Origin: an uncultured Gammaproteobacteria bacterium
GTDB taxonomy: Bacteria; Patescibacteriota; Patescibacteriia; UBA11705; JABHMO01
Direction: 5' to 3'
DNA length: 64,000 nt
Assembly: GCA_964590105.1 (NCBI GenBank)
Contig: CAZPYM010000003.1
Coordinates: 72,179 to 136,178, forward strand
Of this stretch, positions 1-10,225 are shown one piece after another; the first letter of the stretch is position 1, and each line of letters opens with the position of its first letter. The notes under the pieces are model-generated. The model was not told where the DNA came from and did no database searches. It saw nothing but the letters and a program-made list of their open reading frames with translations. Made by a program: the position numbers and the translations under genes.

Positions 1-246
1 GCGGAGGGCGGCCAGTTGATTTTCGTCCAGATCGGTTGTGTTTTTGTCTTTGAAAAAATATTCGCCCTTGGTTGGTTTATCAAGAAATCCAATGATGTGC
101 ATCAAGGTTGATTTGCCCGATCCCGACGGCCCCATGATGGCCACAAAGTCGCCTTGCTCTATTTCAAAAGTAGCTTCTTTCAGTGCGACTGTTTTTACTT
201 CTTCATTTTCGTATGCTTTGTTTAGATTGCTGGCTTTGATTAACAT
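1..246 (-). CDS. ABC transporter ATP-binding protein (MacB/LolD-like), N-terminal part, truncated by the window edge
   Basis: Reverse-strand translation from ATG at 244-246 reads MLIKASNLNKAYENEEVKTVALKEATFEIEQGDFVAIMGPSGSGKSTLMHIIGFLDKPTKGEYFFKDK with Walker A GPSGSGKST. It lies immediately downstream of the HlyD adaptor gene on the same strand. Confidence 0.8.
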   Translation of the reverse strand, partial: MLIKASNLNKAYENEEVKTVALKEATFEIEQGDFVAIMGPSGSGKSTLMHIIGFLDKPTKGEYFFKDKNTTDLDENQLAALR

Positions 247-321
247 AGTCACGAATTAACGCAAAAAACAAATTTACAAATTTTTACAAATATTACTAAT
301 AATTTTGATAACTAATACAAA

Positions 322-2082
322 TTAATCCCCGTTTTTAATGCTGATAACAATTTTGTCGCCCTCATTCACACCGGAAAGGATTTCAATGTTACCATTTGAG
401 CCGCGTAGTCCGGTTTTAACTTCAGTTTCCTTGAAATCAATTCCGTCAGCATTCAGAATTCGTACAATTTTTTTATTGTCTTTTTTTAATATCGCCCGTT
501 GAGGAACGCTAATGACATTGTCTTTTTTGTTTGTGAGAATATCCAGGTCAGCGGTCATGCCCGGTTTAATGAGTTCGTTTTCTTCTGAAAATTCAAAAGT
601 TACTTTGTAGGTGGGTACATTATCAATTATAGTTTCAGCCGGGTCAATCAAGATTACTTTGACTCCGAATTCGGTGTCGCTTGAATAAGCGTCAAGAGTA
701 ACTTTGGCCGGGTCATTAATTTTTATATCGGCAATATCAACTTCCGGCACATTGGCTTCAATTTGATATTTGGCTTCAGAAATAATTTTTATAATGTTTG
801 AATTTGCCGCCACGATCTCGCCCAGTTTAGTGTCTACGAGAGTGACAATGCCGACAATTGGCGAATGAATCGTGGTTTTGCTGATTTGCGCCTGATAATT
901 TTGCACATTGGCTTCGGCATATTTAATCTGCGCTTCCTGCGAGGCCGCGTTTGCCTCGGCTTGTTTTACTTTTGCTTCTTGCGCAGCGAGCTGTTCGGCC
1001 GTGTAGCCGGATTTGGTTATTTGGAGTTCGTCTTTTGTCGTGGCCAAAGTATTTTGTGCCGTAGTAATGCTAGCCCCGGCCGTAAAGATGGCGCTTTCAT
1101 TGGTGGCCTTTTGAACGGCCAGCGCCTGCCCTTTGGCGGACAGGGCGGAAATTTCAGCATTAATATTTGTTTTTTCCGTATTAATACTCAGAATGTCAGC
1201 GCTGCTCATGGTGACGGATATCGGCAGATTGCCAAGTGATGTTTTGATTGTTTGCAAAGTTGATTTGACCGAAGCGAGCGTGGAGTCAATATTGGCGCGC
1301 GTCGGATCAGCTTTTGTGCTGTTGACTAGGCCTTTGGCGCCACCGGACAATTGCGATAAACTTGTCTTGGACCAGAAGCCGGCGCCGGATTGACCGAGCA
1401 GGCTCAAAACAATAGCTTCTTTTTCAGAGGCGAATTTTATTCCATTCTGATCAGTTGAATAAAAAGAAGTTGTTTGAATATTATTGAGAGTATTGAGAGT
1501 GTTTTCGGCAACATTAATGGAAGCAGCAAGAGCATTCAGCGTGCCGGCATAGTCCTCGTCAAGATCCGCTTCAGCCTTGGATTTAACGTTTAATAAATTG
1601 TTTTCCGCGTCAGTCAAGGATTTTTGCGCATTGCTGACAGCTGTTTCGGCCAGCTGGATTTCTTCTTGTTTGGCGCCGGCTTTGTATTCATCCATTTTTG
1701 CCTGTTCGCTATCGCGGGCGGCCTGGTATTGGAGGAGCAGAGCGCGGGCGCTGTCAACGCTGGCACCGGCTTGCTTTAATTGAGCCGCCAGATCAGCGTT
1801 GCTCTCGCTGGCCAGCAATTGACCAGCTTTAACTTTGTCTCCAACTTTTATTGGCAGGAAAGAAATCTTGCCTGATTTTTCAAAGGCGAGCGACACTTCT
1901 TCGGCCGGTTTGACTGTGCCGGTAACGCTGATTTCCTGAATCAGTTCTCCTTTTTCCGCGACAACAAGATCATATTCCGGCGAGGTGGGCTTTTTTGTAA
2001 AATAAATTCCGCCGGCAATGAGCGCGATGATTATGATTAAAATAATGTAAAAACTTTTTTTCTTGTAAAACATAAAATACAA
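322..2082 (-). CDS. HlyD-family membrane-fusion / efflux adaptor protein with a long coiled-coil
   Basis: 586 aa. It has an N-terminal TM helix, a biotinyl-lipoyl-like beta segment (VKAGQLLA), a long Ala/Gln-rich coiled coil and a C-terminal beta-barrel typical of MacA/HlyD adaptors. It is paired with the downstream ABC ATPase. Confidence 0.75.
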   Translation of the reverse strand: MYFMFYKKKSFYIILIIIIALIAGGIYFTKKPTSPEYDLVVAEKGELIQEISVTGTVKPAEEVSLAFEKSGKISFLPIKVGDKVKAGQLLASESNADLAAQLKQAGASVDSARALLLQYQAARDSEQAKMDEYKAGAKQEEIQLAETAVSNAQKSLTDAENNLLNVKSKAEADLDEDYAGTLNALAASINVAENTLNTLNNIQTTSFYSTDQNGIKFASEKEAIVLSLLGQSGAGFWSKTSLSQLSGGAKGLVNSTKADPTRANIDSTLASVKSTLQTIKTSLGNLPISVTMSSADILSINTEKTNINAEISALSAKGQALAVQKATNESAIFTAGASITTAQNTLATTKDELQITKSGYTAEQLAAQEAKVKQAEANAASQEAQIKYAEANVQNYQAQISKTTIHSPIVGIVTLVDTKLGEIVAANSNIIKIISEAKYQIEANVPEVDIADIKINDPAKVTLDAYSSDTEFGVKVILIDPAETIIDNVPTYKVTFEFSEENELIKPGMTADLDILTNKKDNVISVPQRAILKKDNKKIVRILNADGIDFKETEVKTGLRGSNGNIEILSGVNEGDKIVISIKNGD

Positions 2083-2181
2083 TAATTATTGATTACGTGT
2101 TAATTATACTACAGTAGCTTGTTTTAACAAAATTATCAAGACTATGAACTATATACCTCACTACATTCCTTAAGTTCATGG

Positions 2182-2215
2182 CAAGTAAAAAAAACACAGC
2201 CGGTGAGGGCTGTGG
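2182..2215 (-). terminator. Rho-independent terminator for minus-strand gene 2227..2520
   Basis: Hairpin cacagcc-ggtgag-ggctgtg, followed on the minus strand by a T8 run. Confidence 0.6.
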
Positions 2216-2226
2216 TGGATTGTCAG

Positions 2227-2520
2227 TTATGCGGCGGCAGTAGTTTTATCTATGATGGTTTCTTCTCTTGTAAAAACATAAGAGGGGTTGAATTCATTGT
2301 GCTTGTAGACAAAGAATCTCGGCAGAGAGAATGAGTAATCGAAGTGCCGCAGATCCATTACGCAAGTGTTGCCTTCGTCAAGCCGCATCTGGATAGCGGA
2401 TATGTTTTTCTGAAGAGCCAGCGTAAGATGGACAACTTGGCTGGCAGTAATGGTAATTCCTTTCGCCGCAAGTGTTGCGGCAACGTGGGTCACATCATCA
2501 ATAATCGTCTGGTCTTCCAT
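2227..2520 (-). CDS. hypothetical small protein (97 aa)
   Basis: Intact ORF with a downstream terminator hairpin. No recognisable motifs. Confidence 0.45.
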   Translation of the reverse strand: MEDQTIIDDVTHVAATLAAKGITITASQVVHLTLALQKNISAIQMRLDEGNTCVMDLRHFDYSFSLPRFFVYKHNEFNPSYVFTREETIIDKTTAAA

Positions 2521-2883
2521 TGGGTCCTCCTGTTTTGTTCTTGTGTTACATTATATATTATCAATCTTTTATGTTTTGTCAATGGTGGTGATATTTTTTG
2601 TCTAATTTTGATGCATTCAAAACAAAAAACACAGCTTCGGAAGCCGTGTTTTTTTATTCTACTTTTTTATCGAACCTTGCTTAACGTCTTGATGCATTTT
2701 GTACACATAGTCATTCTTTTTCCGTCTACTTTTTTGCTTTGTAAATTCGGAAACTGGCGCCTTTTGGTGGCGACCTTTGAATGACTTCGTTGGTTGGCGG
2801 TGTTTGGACGCTTGCCGCATTTTTCGCAAATTTTTGCCATATTGAGTTTACTTATTTGTTAACTGGATATATACTATCATATG

Positions 2884-2892
2884 TGATATAAT
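2884..2892 (+). promoter_or_regulatory. extended -10 promoter element (TGaTATAAT) upstream of the S2P protease gene
   Basis: TGnTATAAT match about 90 nt upstream of the ATG at 2979. Confidence 0.35.
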
Positions 2893-2978
2893 TTGACAAG
2901 ATGCGTTAGTTGATTTGTTGATTCGTTAATTAGTTAATTGGTTGATTCGGACAAAAACTCATCTCTGTCAACAGAATT

Positions 2979-3647
2979 ATGATAATAATGAATTTAATTG
3001 ATCAGCCTCTGGTTTTGCTCGCCTGGGTCGCGGCCATAGTTTTTGTTTTGACTATCCATGAGTTTTCTCATGCGCTGGCCGCCACTGCACTCGGAGATCA
3101 GACAGCAAAAATGAATGGAAGATTAACGCTCAATCCATTATCTCATATTAGCTGGGTTGGTTTTGCCATGTTGCTTCTGGTCGGTTTTGGCTGGGGCAAG
3201 CCGGTGCCTTTCAACCCATACAATTTGAAATGGCCGAGATTTGGCCCGGCGGTAGTAGCCATAGCCGGCCCATTGTCAAATTTTATTTGCGCGGTGGTTT
3301 TCATTATCGCTTTCAAAATAATTTTTCCTGCCTTGCATCCGTTATTTCTAGCCTATGGTTATGAGGGTGGAAATTTAAATTTATTGGCAATTTTTCTGTC
3401 GCTGGCAATTTTTATCAACATTATTTTAATGTTATTCAATTTAATTCCTCTACCGCCGCTCGACGGTTCTAAGGTTTTATTTGCTTTTATTTCTGATGTT
3501 AAATATGCGGGCGTCAGGGAATCCTTGGAACATCAGGGACCATTAATATTAATGATGATAATAATCTTCGATAGCTTTTTAAACATCAATTTGCTTAGCC
3601 GTCTGCTTTACGGAGCAATAGACCTTGTTTATAAGTGGTTGCTCTAG
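2979..3647 (+). CDS. site-2 protease family zinc metalloprotease (peptidase M50)
   Basis: HEFSHA (HExxH) lies in the first TM helix, with multiple TM segments and an LPPLDG motif downstream. This is typical of SpoIVFB/RseP-like M50 peptidases. Confidence 0.75.
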   Translation: MIIMNLIDQPLVLLAWVAAIVFVLTIHEFSHALAATALGDQTAKMNGRLTLNPLSHISWVGFAMLLLVGFGWGKPVPFNPYNLKWPRFGPAVVAIAGPLSNFICAVVFIIAFKIIFPALHPLFLAYGYEGGNLNLLAIFLSLAIFINIILMLFNLIPLPPLDGSKVLFAFISDVKYAGVRESLEHQGPLILMMIIIFDSFLNINLLSRLLYGAIDLVYKWLL

Positions 3648-3726
3648 CTCTTGACCTATGCAAATTTGTGTGATATCCTAATATCGAATTAATATAGCTT
3701 AGCTAGGCTATTTTTTATTAATAATT

Positions 3727-4143
3727 ATGCCAACAATAAATCAATTAGTCCGACAGGGACGAAAAAGCGCGAAATCAAAGTCAAAAACACCGGCTTTGCA
3801 AACTGTTTTTAATACTTTAAAAAGACGACGCCGAACATTAAAAAAGGGAGCGTCTTTCAAACGTGGAGTGTGTCTGAAAGTGACTACTACGACTCCGAAA
3901 AAGCCGAACTCAGCCCTTCGAAAAATCGCTCGTGTGCGCTTGTCAAATGGCCAGGAGGTAACAACCTATATTCCTGGTGAGGGACACAATTTGCAGGAAC
4001 ACTCAATTGTCATGTTGCGCGGCGGCAGAGTAAAAGACTTGCCTGGTGTTCGTTACCATATTGTTCGTGGCGTGTATGATACGCAGGGAGTGGATGGCCG
4101 GAAGCAGTCTCGATCTTTGTACGGAGCAAAAAAAGCAAAATAA
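3727..4143 (+). CDS. rpsL: 30S ribosomal protein S12
   Basis: [13 protein letters not shown]...[10 protein letters not shown]...[10 protein letters not shown] is the canonical S12 sequence. Confidence 0.95.
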   Translation: MPTINQLVRQGRKSAKSKSKTPALQTVFNTLKRRRRTLKKGASFKRGVCLKVTTTTPKKPNSALRKIARVRLSNGQEVTTYIPGEGHNLQEHSIVMLRGGRVKDLPGVRYHIVRGVYDTQGVDGRKQSRSLYGAKKAK

Positions 4144-4204
4144 AATTGCTGATAATTGGTTTAATAGTTGATATCGGTGATTTTTTGTTCAAATCAAATT
4201 TAAA

Positions 4205-4252
4205 TCAACCAATTAACCAATTAACTAATTAACTAATTAACCAATCAACTAA
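4205..4252. repeat. tandem AATTAACY heptamer array (about 6 copies) in the rpsL-rpsG spacer
   Basis: caaccaattaaccaattaactaattaactaattaaccaatcaactaag. The reverse-complement copy lies at 2911-2950, with related copies at 36541-36568 (inside argS) and 63781-63825. Confidence 0.8.
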
Positions 4253-4353
4253 GTTGGGAGTAATGCGGTATAAAAGGTTTTCGTTATCGCGGGAAGAAAC
4301 CCGGGTCGTGAGCATATTATTTCGCGTGAATCTACACCAACTTCAATATTGTT

Positions 4354-4851
4354 ATGAGAGGGAAACAAGCGCCAAAAAGAAAGTTAAAGCCGGACATTCG
4401 CTATAATTCTACTCTGGTGGCTAAATTTATAAATTATCTAATGAATGATGGCGACAAGTCTATCGCTCAAAAGGTGATTTATAATTGTTTTGATGAAATC
4501 GAAAAAATGATTGCAACCGGCAAGATCAATAAAGAAGAGTATCCCAATGCACTCAGTGTTTTTGATCAAGCAGTAAAAAATGTTACCCCTCAAATGGAGG
4601 TTCGCGGCCGGAGAATCGGCGGCGGAAACTACCAAATACCGTATCCTGTGCGCGGAGAGCGCCGGGTTTTTTTGTCTTTGCATTGGTTGATTACAGCGGC
4701 TAAAAATAAAAAAGGCAAGCCTATGTCAGTAAAATTGACAAATGAATTGGTGGCTGCTTTGAATAATGAGGGCGATGCAGTAAAAAAGAAAATGGACGTT
4801 CACCGTATGGCAGATTCTAATAGAGCTTTTGCTCACTTTGCGCGTTATTAA
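4354..4851 (+). CDS. rpsG: 30S ribosomal protein S7
   Basis: 165 aa with an S7 signature (…NALSVFDQAVKNVTPQMEVRGRRIGGGNYQIP…). Confidence 0.93.
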   Translation: MRGKQAPKRKLKPDIRYNSTLVAKFINYLMNDGDKSIAQKVIYNCFDEIEKMIATGKINKEEYPNALSVFDQAVKNVTPQMEVRGRRIGGGNYQIPYPVRGERRVFLSLHWLITAAKNKKGKPMSVKLTNELVAALNNEGDAVKKKMDVHRMADSNRAFAHFARY

Positions 4852-4934
4852 AAATAAAAATTGTACGAATATACGAATGTAATGCAATTGTTGCGAATAT
4901 GCGAATAAAACGAATTCATTAATCTGTAATTTGT

Positions 4935-4972
4935 GATTCGCGTCATTCGCACAAAGATTCGCGTCATTCGCA
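4935..4972. repeat. two direct copies of the 17-mer GATTCGCGTCATTCGCA (reverse complement of the dispersed GCGAATGAYGCGAAT motif)
   Basis: Copies at 4935-4951 and 4956-4972 sit just upstream of the fusA start. They create a spurious N-terminal extension ([15 protein letters not shown]) in the ORF track. Confidence 0.8.
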
Positions 4973-4983
4973 TCATAATTTAT

Positions 4984-7062
4984 ATGCCGAGAGAATATTC
5001 TTTAGAAAATACCAGAAATATAGGTATTATCGCTCACATTGATGCCGGTAAAACTACGGTTTCCGAGCGCATTTTATTTTACACTGGGAAAAAACATAAG
5101 ATAGGAGAAGTTCATGAAGGACAGGCGGAAATGGACTGGATGGAACAGGAAAAGGAAAGAGGCATCACTATTACTTCTGCCGCCACCACTTGTTTTTGGA
5201 ACGGCAAAAGAATTAATATTATCGACACTCCCGGCCACGTGGATTTTACCGCCGAAGTGGAACGATCTTTGCGTGTGCTTGATGGCGGCGTGATAGTTTT
5301 TGACGGCGTAGCCGGTGTGGAGCCGCAGTCTGAGACTGTATGGCATCAGGCCGTGAAATACAATGTTCCGCGCTTGGGATTTATTAATAAAATGGATCGC
5401 ATGGGCGCGGATTTTTATGCTGACATGGAATCTATTTATGAGAGATTGACCAAGGCCGCTCATCCTATTCAGTTGCCGATCGGCGCGGCTGAAACATTTA
5501 GAGGAATTATTGATTTATTTGAAAGGCGAGCTTACATTCATGAGGATGACCTCGGAATAAAAATTAATGAAATCGATGTTCCCGAAGACATGAAAGAAAA
5601 AACAGAAAAATACCGTGGAAAATTAGTCGAAGCTATAGTTGAAAACGATGAAGCTTTGATGGATAAATATTTAGCCGGAGAAGAAATCCCCGTCGCAGAC
5701 TTAAAAAGAGTTTTGCGCAAGGCGACAATAGAAAACAAAATTGTACCAATCTTAGTTGGCAGCGCTCTGAAGAACAAGGGAGTTCAGGCATTACTTGACG
5801 CGATTGTCGACTTTTTGCCCTCACCACTTGAAATTCCACCAATGCAGGGCACTGATCCAAACGATCCTGAAAAAGTCATTACTGTGAACGCCAGCGATGA
5901 AGAGCCTTTTGCCGGCTTGGCATTCAAGATTGCCACTGATCCATATGTTGGCAAGCTTTGTTTTGTGCGCGTTTACTCAGGAGCTTTAAGGTCAGGTTCA
6001 TATGTATTAAATACTTTCACTAATAATAAAGAGAGAATCGGACGTTTAGTGCGTATGCACGCCAATCATCGAGAGGAGGTTAGTGAAGCTTTTGCTGGTG
6101 AAATAGTCGCGGTTATTGGTTTGAAAAATACTTTTACAGGGCATACTCTTTGCGATGAGAGTCGACCGGTTATCCTGGAAAACATTGTATTTCCCGAGCC
6201 GGTTATTTCAGTTGCTATTGAACCGAAAACCAAGGCTGATCAGGAAAAAATGGGTATGGCTATGCAAAAATTGGCTGAAGAAGACCCGACCTTTAGAATT
6301 CGCACTGACGAAGAAACAATGCAAACAATTATTTCCGGCATGGGGGAACTTCATTTGGATATTTTGGTTGATCGAATGAAAAGAGAATTTGGTGTGGAAG
6401 CTAATATTGGTAAACCGCAAGTGGCTTATAAAGAAACAATTAAAAAGACTGCAGAAGCAGAGGGAAAATATGTTCGTCAGTCAGGTGGCCGCGGACAATA
6501 TGGTCATTGCTGGCTTAGAGTCTCTCCTCGAGAACGCGGAGAAGGATTTGAATTTTTGGATGAAGTCAAGGGGGGCGCAATCCCGCGAGAATTTATTCCG
6601 GCAATTCAAAAGGGAGTCAAAGAATCGTTAGACAAAGGAATTCTGGCGGGTTATCCGCTCATTGATGTTCAGGTCACTGTTTACGATGGTAGTTTCCATG
6701 ATGTTGACTCTTCTGAGGCGGCCTTTAAGATTGCCGGTTCTCTGGCTTTTCAGGAAGCCACAAAAAGAGCTTCCCTCGTTCTTTTGGAGCCGATTATGAA
6801 AGTGGAAGCTGTGGTGCCAGAAAAATTTTTGGGCGACGTGGTTGGTGATTTAAATTCAAAAAGAGCGCAAATAAATGAAATGAAAGATCGCGCAAATGCC
6901 AAGGTTGTTGAGGCTCAGGTGCCGCTGGCTGAAATGTTTGGTTATGCGACTTCACTCCGATCAATGACACAGGGGCGCGGCAGCTACTCAATGGAATTTC
7001 TAAAGTATTCTGAAGTCCCGGCCAATGTGGTTGAGGCAATCTTAGTCGCAAAGGGACGGTAA
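4984..7062 (+). CDS. fusA: elongation factor G
   Basis: Start chosen at [25 protein letters not shown] (G1 motif). Full-length EF-G with DTPGHVDF and NKMD motifs. Confidence 0.95.
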   Translation: MPREYSLENTRNIGIIAHIDAGKTTVSERILFYTGKKHKIGEVHEGQAEMDWMEQEKERGITITSAATTCFWNGKRINIIDTPGHVDFTAEVERSLRVLDGGVIVFDGVAGVEPQSETVWHQAVKYNVPRLGFINKMDRMGADFYADMESIYERLTKAAHPIQLPIGAAETFRGIIDLFERRAYIHEDDLGIKINEIDVPEDMKEKTEKYRGKLVEAIVENDEALMDKYLAGEEIPVADLKRVLRKATIENKIVPILVGSALKNKGVQALLDAIVDFLPSPLEIPPMQGTDPNDPEKVITVNASDEEPFAGLAFKIATDPYVGKLCFVRVYSGALRSGSYVLNTFTNNKERIGRLVRMHANHREEVSEAFAGEIVAVIGLKNTFTGHTLCDESRPVILENIVFPEPVISVAIEPKTKADQEKMGMAMQKLAEEDPTFRIRTDEETMQTIISGMGELHLDILVDRMKREFGVEANIGKPQVAYKETIKKTAEAEGKYVRQSGGRGQYGHCWLRVSPRERGEGFEFLDEVKGGAIPREFIPAIQKGVKESLDKGILAGYPLIDVQVTVYDGSFHDVDSSEAAFKIAGSLAFQEATKRASLVLLEPIMKVEAVVPEKFLGDVVGDLNSKRAQINEMKDRANAKVVEAQVPLAEMFGYATSLRSMTQGRGSYSMEFLKYSEVPANVVEAILVAKGR

Positions 7063-7080
7063 GAAGCTGTCGTCAATTAT

Positions 7081-7383
7081 ATGCAAAATGCTTGGGACAA
7101 AATCTTAGATTTAATAAAAAGAACCGGTGACCGGTGTATCGTTATTAACGGAAAAGACGGGGATGCCTATGTGGTGATGGATTTGAGAAATTATGAGAAT
7201 TGCGTGCTACGCAAAAGTGAAGTGAGGGACTTGACAGAAGACGAATTATTAGATAGAATTAACCGTGATGTGTCTCTCTGGCAATCAGCACATTTTTCTT
7301 TGAGTAATGATGTTGAAACAGACGAAGAAAAAGATTTCAGGCGGGAAGAGGAAGATGAGTATTATATTGAGCCGGTTGATTAG
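7081..7383 (+). CDS. hypothetical acidic small protein (100 aa) between fusA and tuf
   Basis: Intact ORF 18 nt after the fusA stop. Asp/Glu-rich C-terminus. No known motif. Confidence 0.45.
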   Translation: MQNAWDKILDLIKRTGDRCIVINGKDGDAYVVMDLRNYENCVLRKSEVRDLTEDELLDRINRDVSLWQSAHFSLSNDVETDEEKDFRREEEDEYYIEPVD

Positions 7384-7416
7384 AGCAGGTGGTTCGTCGG
7401 GAAAAATTTAATAAAC

Positions 7417-7444
7417 TTGCAAGATAAATATTTTGTGCTATAAT
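7417..7444 (+). promoter_or_regulatory. sigma70-type promoter for tuf (TTGCAA-16-TGcTATAAT)
   Basis: -35 TTGCAA at 7417-7422 and an extended -10 TGcTATAAT ending at 7444. The tuf start is 85 nt downstream. Confidence 0.6.
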
Positions 7445-7529
7445 AGTTGCACAAAAAATAATAATTAATTTCAGCGGCTGGATTGTAACCCTGATTAAAT
7501 TTAGGGGCCGCTTAAAGGAGAATAATACA

Positions 7530-8720
7530 ATGGCAGCAGTATTTGAACGAACAAAACCTCATGTAAACGTGGGGACAATTGGTCACGTTGACCATGGCAA
7601 GACAACTTTGACCGCCGCGATTTTGAAATATTTAATCGGCAAGGGCGGCAAAGCGCAGGATAAATCTGTTGATCAGATTGATTCAGCGCCGGAAGAAAAA
7701 GCGCGTGGTATTACAATCGCCACGGCTCATGTTGAGTATGAAACAGAAAAAAGGCACTATGCTCACGTTGATTGTCCCGGCCATGCTGATTATGTAAAAA
7801 ACATGATTACCGGAGCCGCTCAAATGGACGGCGCAGTTTTGGTTGTGGCCGCGACAGACGGTCCTATGCCTCAAACCAGAGAGCATATTTTATTGGCCAG
7901 ACAGGTGGGCGTTCCATCAATTGTTGTTTTCTTAAACAAAACCGATTTGGTTGAGGACAAAGAATTAATCGATTTAGTGGAAGAAGAAATCAGAGATTTA
8001 TTGAAAAAATATGAATACCCGGGTGACGAAACTCCAATTATTCGCGGATCAGCTTTGAAAGCTTTGGAAAATCCTGGCGACGCAGAAGCGACTAAGTGCA
8101 TTCAAGAGTTGCTTGATGCTCTCGATAGCTTTATTCCCGAACCAAAAAGAGATATTGACAAGCCTTTCTTAATGCCCGTTGAAGATGTTTTTTCAATTGA
8201 AGGTCGCGGAACAGTAGTGACCGGCAGAATTGAAAGGGGGATCATTAAAATCAATGAAGAAGTTGAAATCGTCGGTATTAAGCCAACAGTAAAAACTGTG
8301 GTTACCGGCGTGGAAATGTTCAATAAAACTTTGGACGAAGGACGAGCCGGAGACAATGCCGGACTATTGCTCCGTGGCACAAAGAAAGAAGATGTGGAGC
8401 GTGGGCAAGTGTTAGCCAAGCCGGGAACAGTAACTCCTCATGTTGAATTTGAAGCAAAAGTTTATATCCTAACCAAGGATGAAGGTGGCCGACACAAACC
8501 ATTTTTCAAAGGCTACAAACCGCAATTCTATATGCGTACCACTGATGTTACCGGTGAAGTTGAATTACCAGAAGGCACAGAAATGGTAATGCCTGGTGAT
8601 ACGGTTAATATCAATGTTAAACTTATCACCCCGGTTGCTTTGGAAGAACAACAGCGATTTGCTATCCGCGAGGGTGGTAGAACTATTGGTGCCGGTGCGG
8701 TTACCAAGATCACTAAATAA
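7530..8720 (+). CDS. tuf: elongation factor Tu
   Basis: [21 protein letters not shown] and NKTD motifs. 396 aa. Confidence 0.97.
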   Translation: MAAVFERTKPHVNVGTIGHVDHGKTTLTAAILKYLIGKGGKAQDKSVDQIDSAPEEKARGITIATAHVEYETEKRHYAHVDCPGHADYVKNMITGAAQMDGAVLVVAATDGPMPQTREHILLARQVGVPSIVVFLNKTDLVEDKELIDLVEEEIRDLLKKYEYPGDETPIIRGSALKALENPGDAEATKCIQELLDALDSFIPEPKRDIDKPFLMPVEDVFSIEGRGTVVTGRIERGIIKINEEVEIVGIKPTVKTVVTGVEMFNKTLDEGRAGDNAGLLLRGTKKEDVERGQVLAKPGTVTPHVEFEAKVYILTKDEGGRHKPFFKGYKPQFYMRTTDVTGEVELPEGTEMVMPGDTVNINVKLITPVALEEQQRFAIREGGRTIGAGAVTKITK

Positions 8721-8742
8721 TCTAATCTAATGAAATGATCAG

Positions 8743-9102
8743 ATGGCAGACGAAAAATCAAACAATCCTCGCGTAAGTGAGGAAAAGAAAACGGAAAATA
8801 TTCAGCGCGTGCGTATCAAGATCAAGGCATACGATCACAAAATAATTGATCAATCCACCAAAACTATTATCGAAGCCGGCGAAAGGACGGGAGCTACTAT
8901 CAAGGGCCCGATTCCATTGCCTGTAGAGAAGAAAAAGTTTACGGTGAATAGTTCAACTTTTGTGCACAAGAACGCGAGAGATCAATACGAAATGCGAACA
9001 CACAAGCGGCTGATTGATATTTTGAATCCAGGACCCAAGACTATTGACGCGCTCATGAGTTTGAATTTGCCTGCCGGAGTTGATATTGAAATCAAGATGT
9101 AG
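8743..9102 (+). CDS. rpsJ: 30S ribosomal protein S10
   Basis: ...[38 protein letters not shown]... It has a short N-terminal extension. Confidence 0.92.
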   Translation: MADEKSNNPRVSEEKKTENIQRVRIKIKAYDHKIIDQSTKTIIEAGERTGATIKGPIPLPVEKKKFTVNSSTFVHKNARDQYEMRTHKRLIDILNPGPKTIDALMSLNLPAGVDIEIKM

Positions 9103-9129
9103 CCCTAAATTTAGCCAATAATTGTAGGG

Positions 9130-9158
9130 TTGACAGAACTTGAAAAATGTAATAGTAT
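9130..9158 (+). promoter_or_regulatory. promoter (TTGACA-17-TAGTAT) starting a roughly 280-nt leader upstream of rplC
   Basis: Consensus -35 with a good -10, located inside an unusually long 337-bp rpsJ-rplC spacer. Confidence 0.5.
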
Positions 9159-9322
9159 TTACATAGTAAATTAAGAGCATTTGAAATGGGGTTTAATAGG
9201 AGATTTCCGGTAACCGTAGCGCATTGCCACGAAGTGCCGGGCGCCAAATATTAAGCTAGAGAAGTTGTCTTATTGAAAAATCGTAAATAAAATTCGACTT
9301 AAGATAACCCGATCTATCAATT

Positions 9323-9355
9323 GTCCGGGCAGTTAAGTCCGGACTTTTGATTTAA
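9323..9355 (+). terminator. terminator/attenuator-like hairpin within the rplC leader
   Basis: gtccgg-gcagttaa-gtccggac stem followed by ttttgattt, about 90 nt upstream of the rplC ATG. Confidence 0.4.
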
Positions 9356-9439
9356 TCAGGCGAAACAATGCTCTAAATCAATTTTGAAAAGAATAGAAGT
9401 TAATCCAGCCAGGCTAATGCCTCAACATTATAATCAGTT

Positions 9440-10225
9440 ATGAAATTCCTAATTGGGAAAAAACAAGAAATGAGCCAAAAGTTTTTGGAAGATGGCACTA
9501 TCGTACCAGTAACTCGGATTATTGCTGGTCCTTGTTATGTAACTCAAAAAAAGGAATATGACGGCGGGAGAGCCATTCAATTGGCCTGGGGAGAAATGAA
9601 AGACAGCAAATTAAATAATGCGCAAAAAGGTTTTTTTAGCAAGATATTCAACCGGGGCGGCGGATATCGCCATTTAAAAGAATTTCGGTTACCGGAAGGA
9701 GATGCCATGTATGACAAGCTAGAAGCTGGCCAAGAGCTCGGCGCTTCAATTTTTGAAGCTGGTGATGAAGTGGACATTCAGGGTATTTCCAAAGGCAAAG
9801 GCTTTCAGGGCGTTGTGCGCAGACACGGATTTAAAGGTGGCAAAAAAAGTCATGGACACAAAGATCAATTGCGCATGCCGGGTTCAATCGGCTGCAAAGG
9901 TCCGGCCAGGGTATTCAAGGGAACCAGGATGGGCGGTCAAATGGGAAATCAAACAGCGACTGTTCAGGGGCTGGAAGTGATTGAAATTAATGCTGAAAAT
10001 AATGAAATTCTTGTAAAGGGAGCAGTACCGGGCGCCCGCAATGGACTATTGTTTATCGTTGCTGACGGTGCTTTTGAACCAATCAAACCAGAAATTAAAA
10101 TAGTCGAGGAAGTGAAAATTGAAGCTGATAAAATTGATATAAAAGAAGAGGTGAAAGAGGTGAAAGAAGTGGGGCAAGAAAAAGCACCTGAAACCGTTGA
10201 ACAAGAAATTAAAACAGCCGAGTAA
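9440..10225 (+). CDS. rplC: 50S ribosomal protein L3 with a Lys/Glu-rich C-terminal extension
   Basis: MKFLIGKKQEMSQ... L3 core. There are about 50 extra C-terminal residues (EVKIEADKIDIKEEVKEVKEV...). Confidence 0.93.
   Translation: MKFLIGKKQEMSQKFLEDGTIVPVTRIIAGPCYVTQKKEYDGGRAIQLAWGEMKDSKLNNAQKGFFSKIFNRGGGYRHLKEFRLPEGDAMYDKLEAGQELGASIFEAGDEVDIQGISKGKGFQGVVRRHGFKGGKKSHGHKDQLRMPGSIGCKGPARVFKGTRMGGQMGNQTATVQGLEVIEINAENNEILVKGAVPGARNGLLFIVADGAFEPIKPEIKIVEEVKIEADKIDIKEEVKEVKEVGQEKAPETVEQEIKTAE

Noticed and set aside
38-259. Plus-strand 73-aa ORF at the window start
   Set aside because: It is antisense to a clear ABC-ATPase gene (Walker A GPSGSGKST) read on the minus strand. It has no RBS or motifs.
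2626-2660. Hairpin cacagcttc-gg-aagccgtg with T-runs on both strands in the 2521-2978 spacer
   Set aside because: It looks like a bidirectional terminator, but no gene ends next to it, so its function is unclear. It is noted only.
2344-2784. Plus-strand 146-aa ORF
   Set aside because: It is antisense to the 97-aa minus-strand gene, runs through terminator hairpins, and is low-complexity.
4933-4983. N-terminal extension [17 protein letters not shown] on fusA
   Set aside because: It is produced by translating the 17-mer direct repeat (GATTCGCGTCATTCGCA x2). EF-G homology starts at [10 protein letters not shown] (4984).
9315-9350. RNase P RNA-like words (GTCCGGG / AAGTCCGGA) in the rplC leader
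   Set aside because: Only the short P4-like words are present. There are no other conserved RNase P elements, and the spacer is too short for RNase P RNA.
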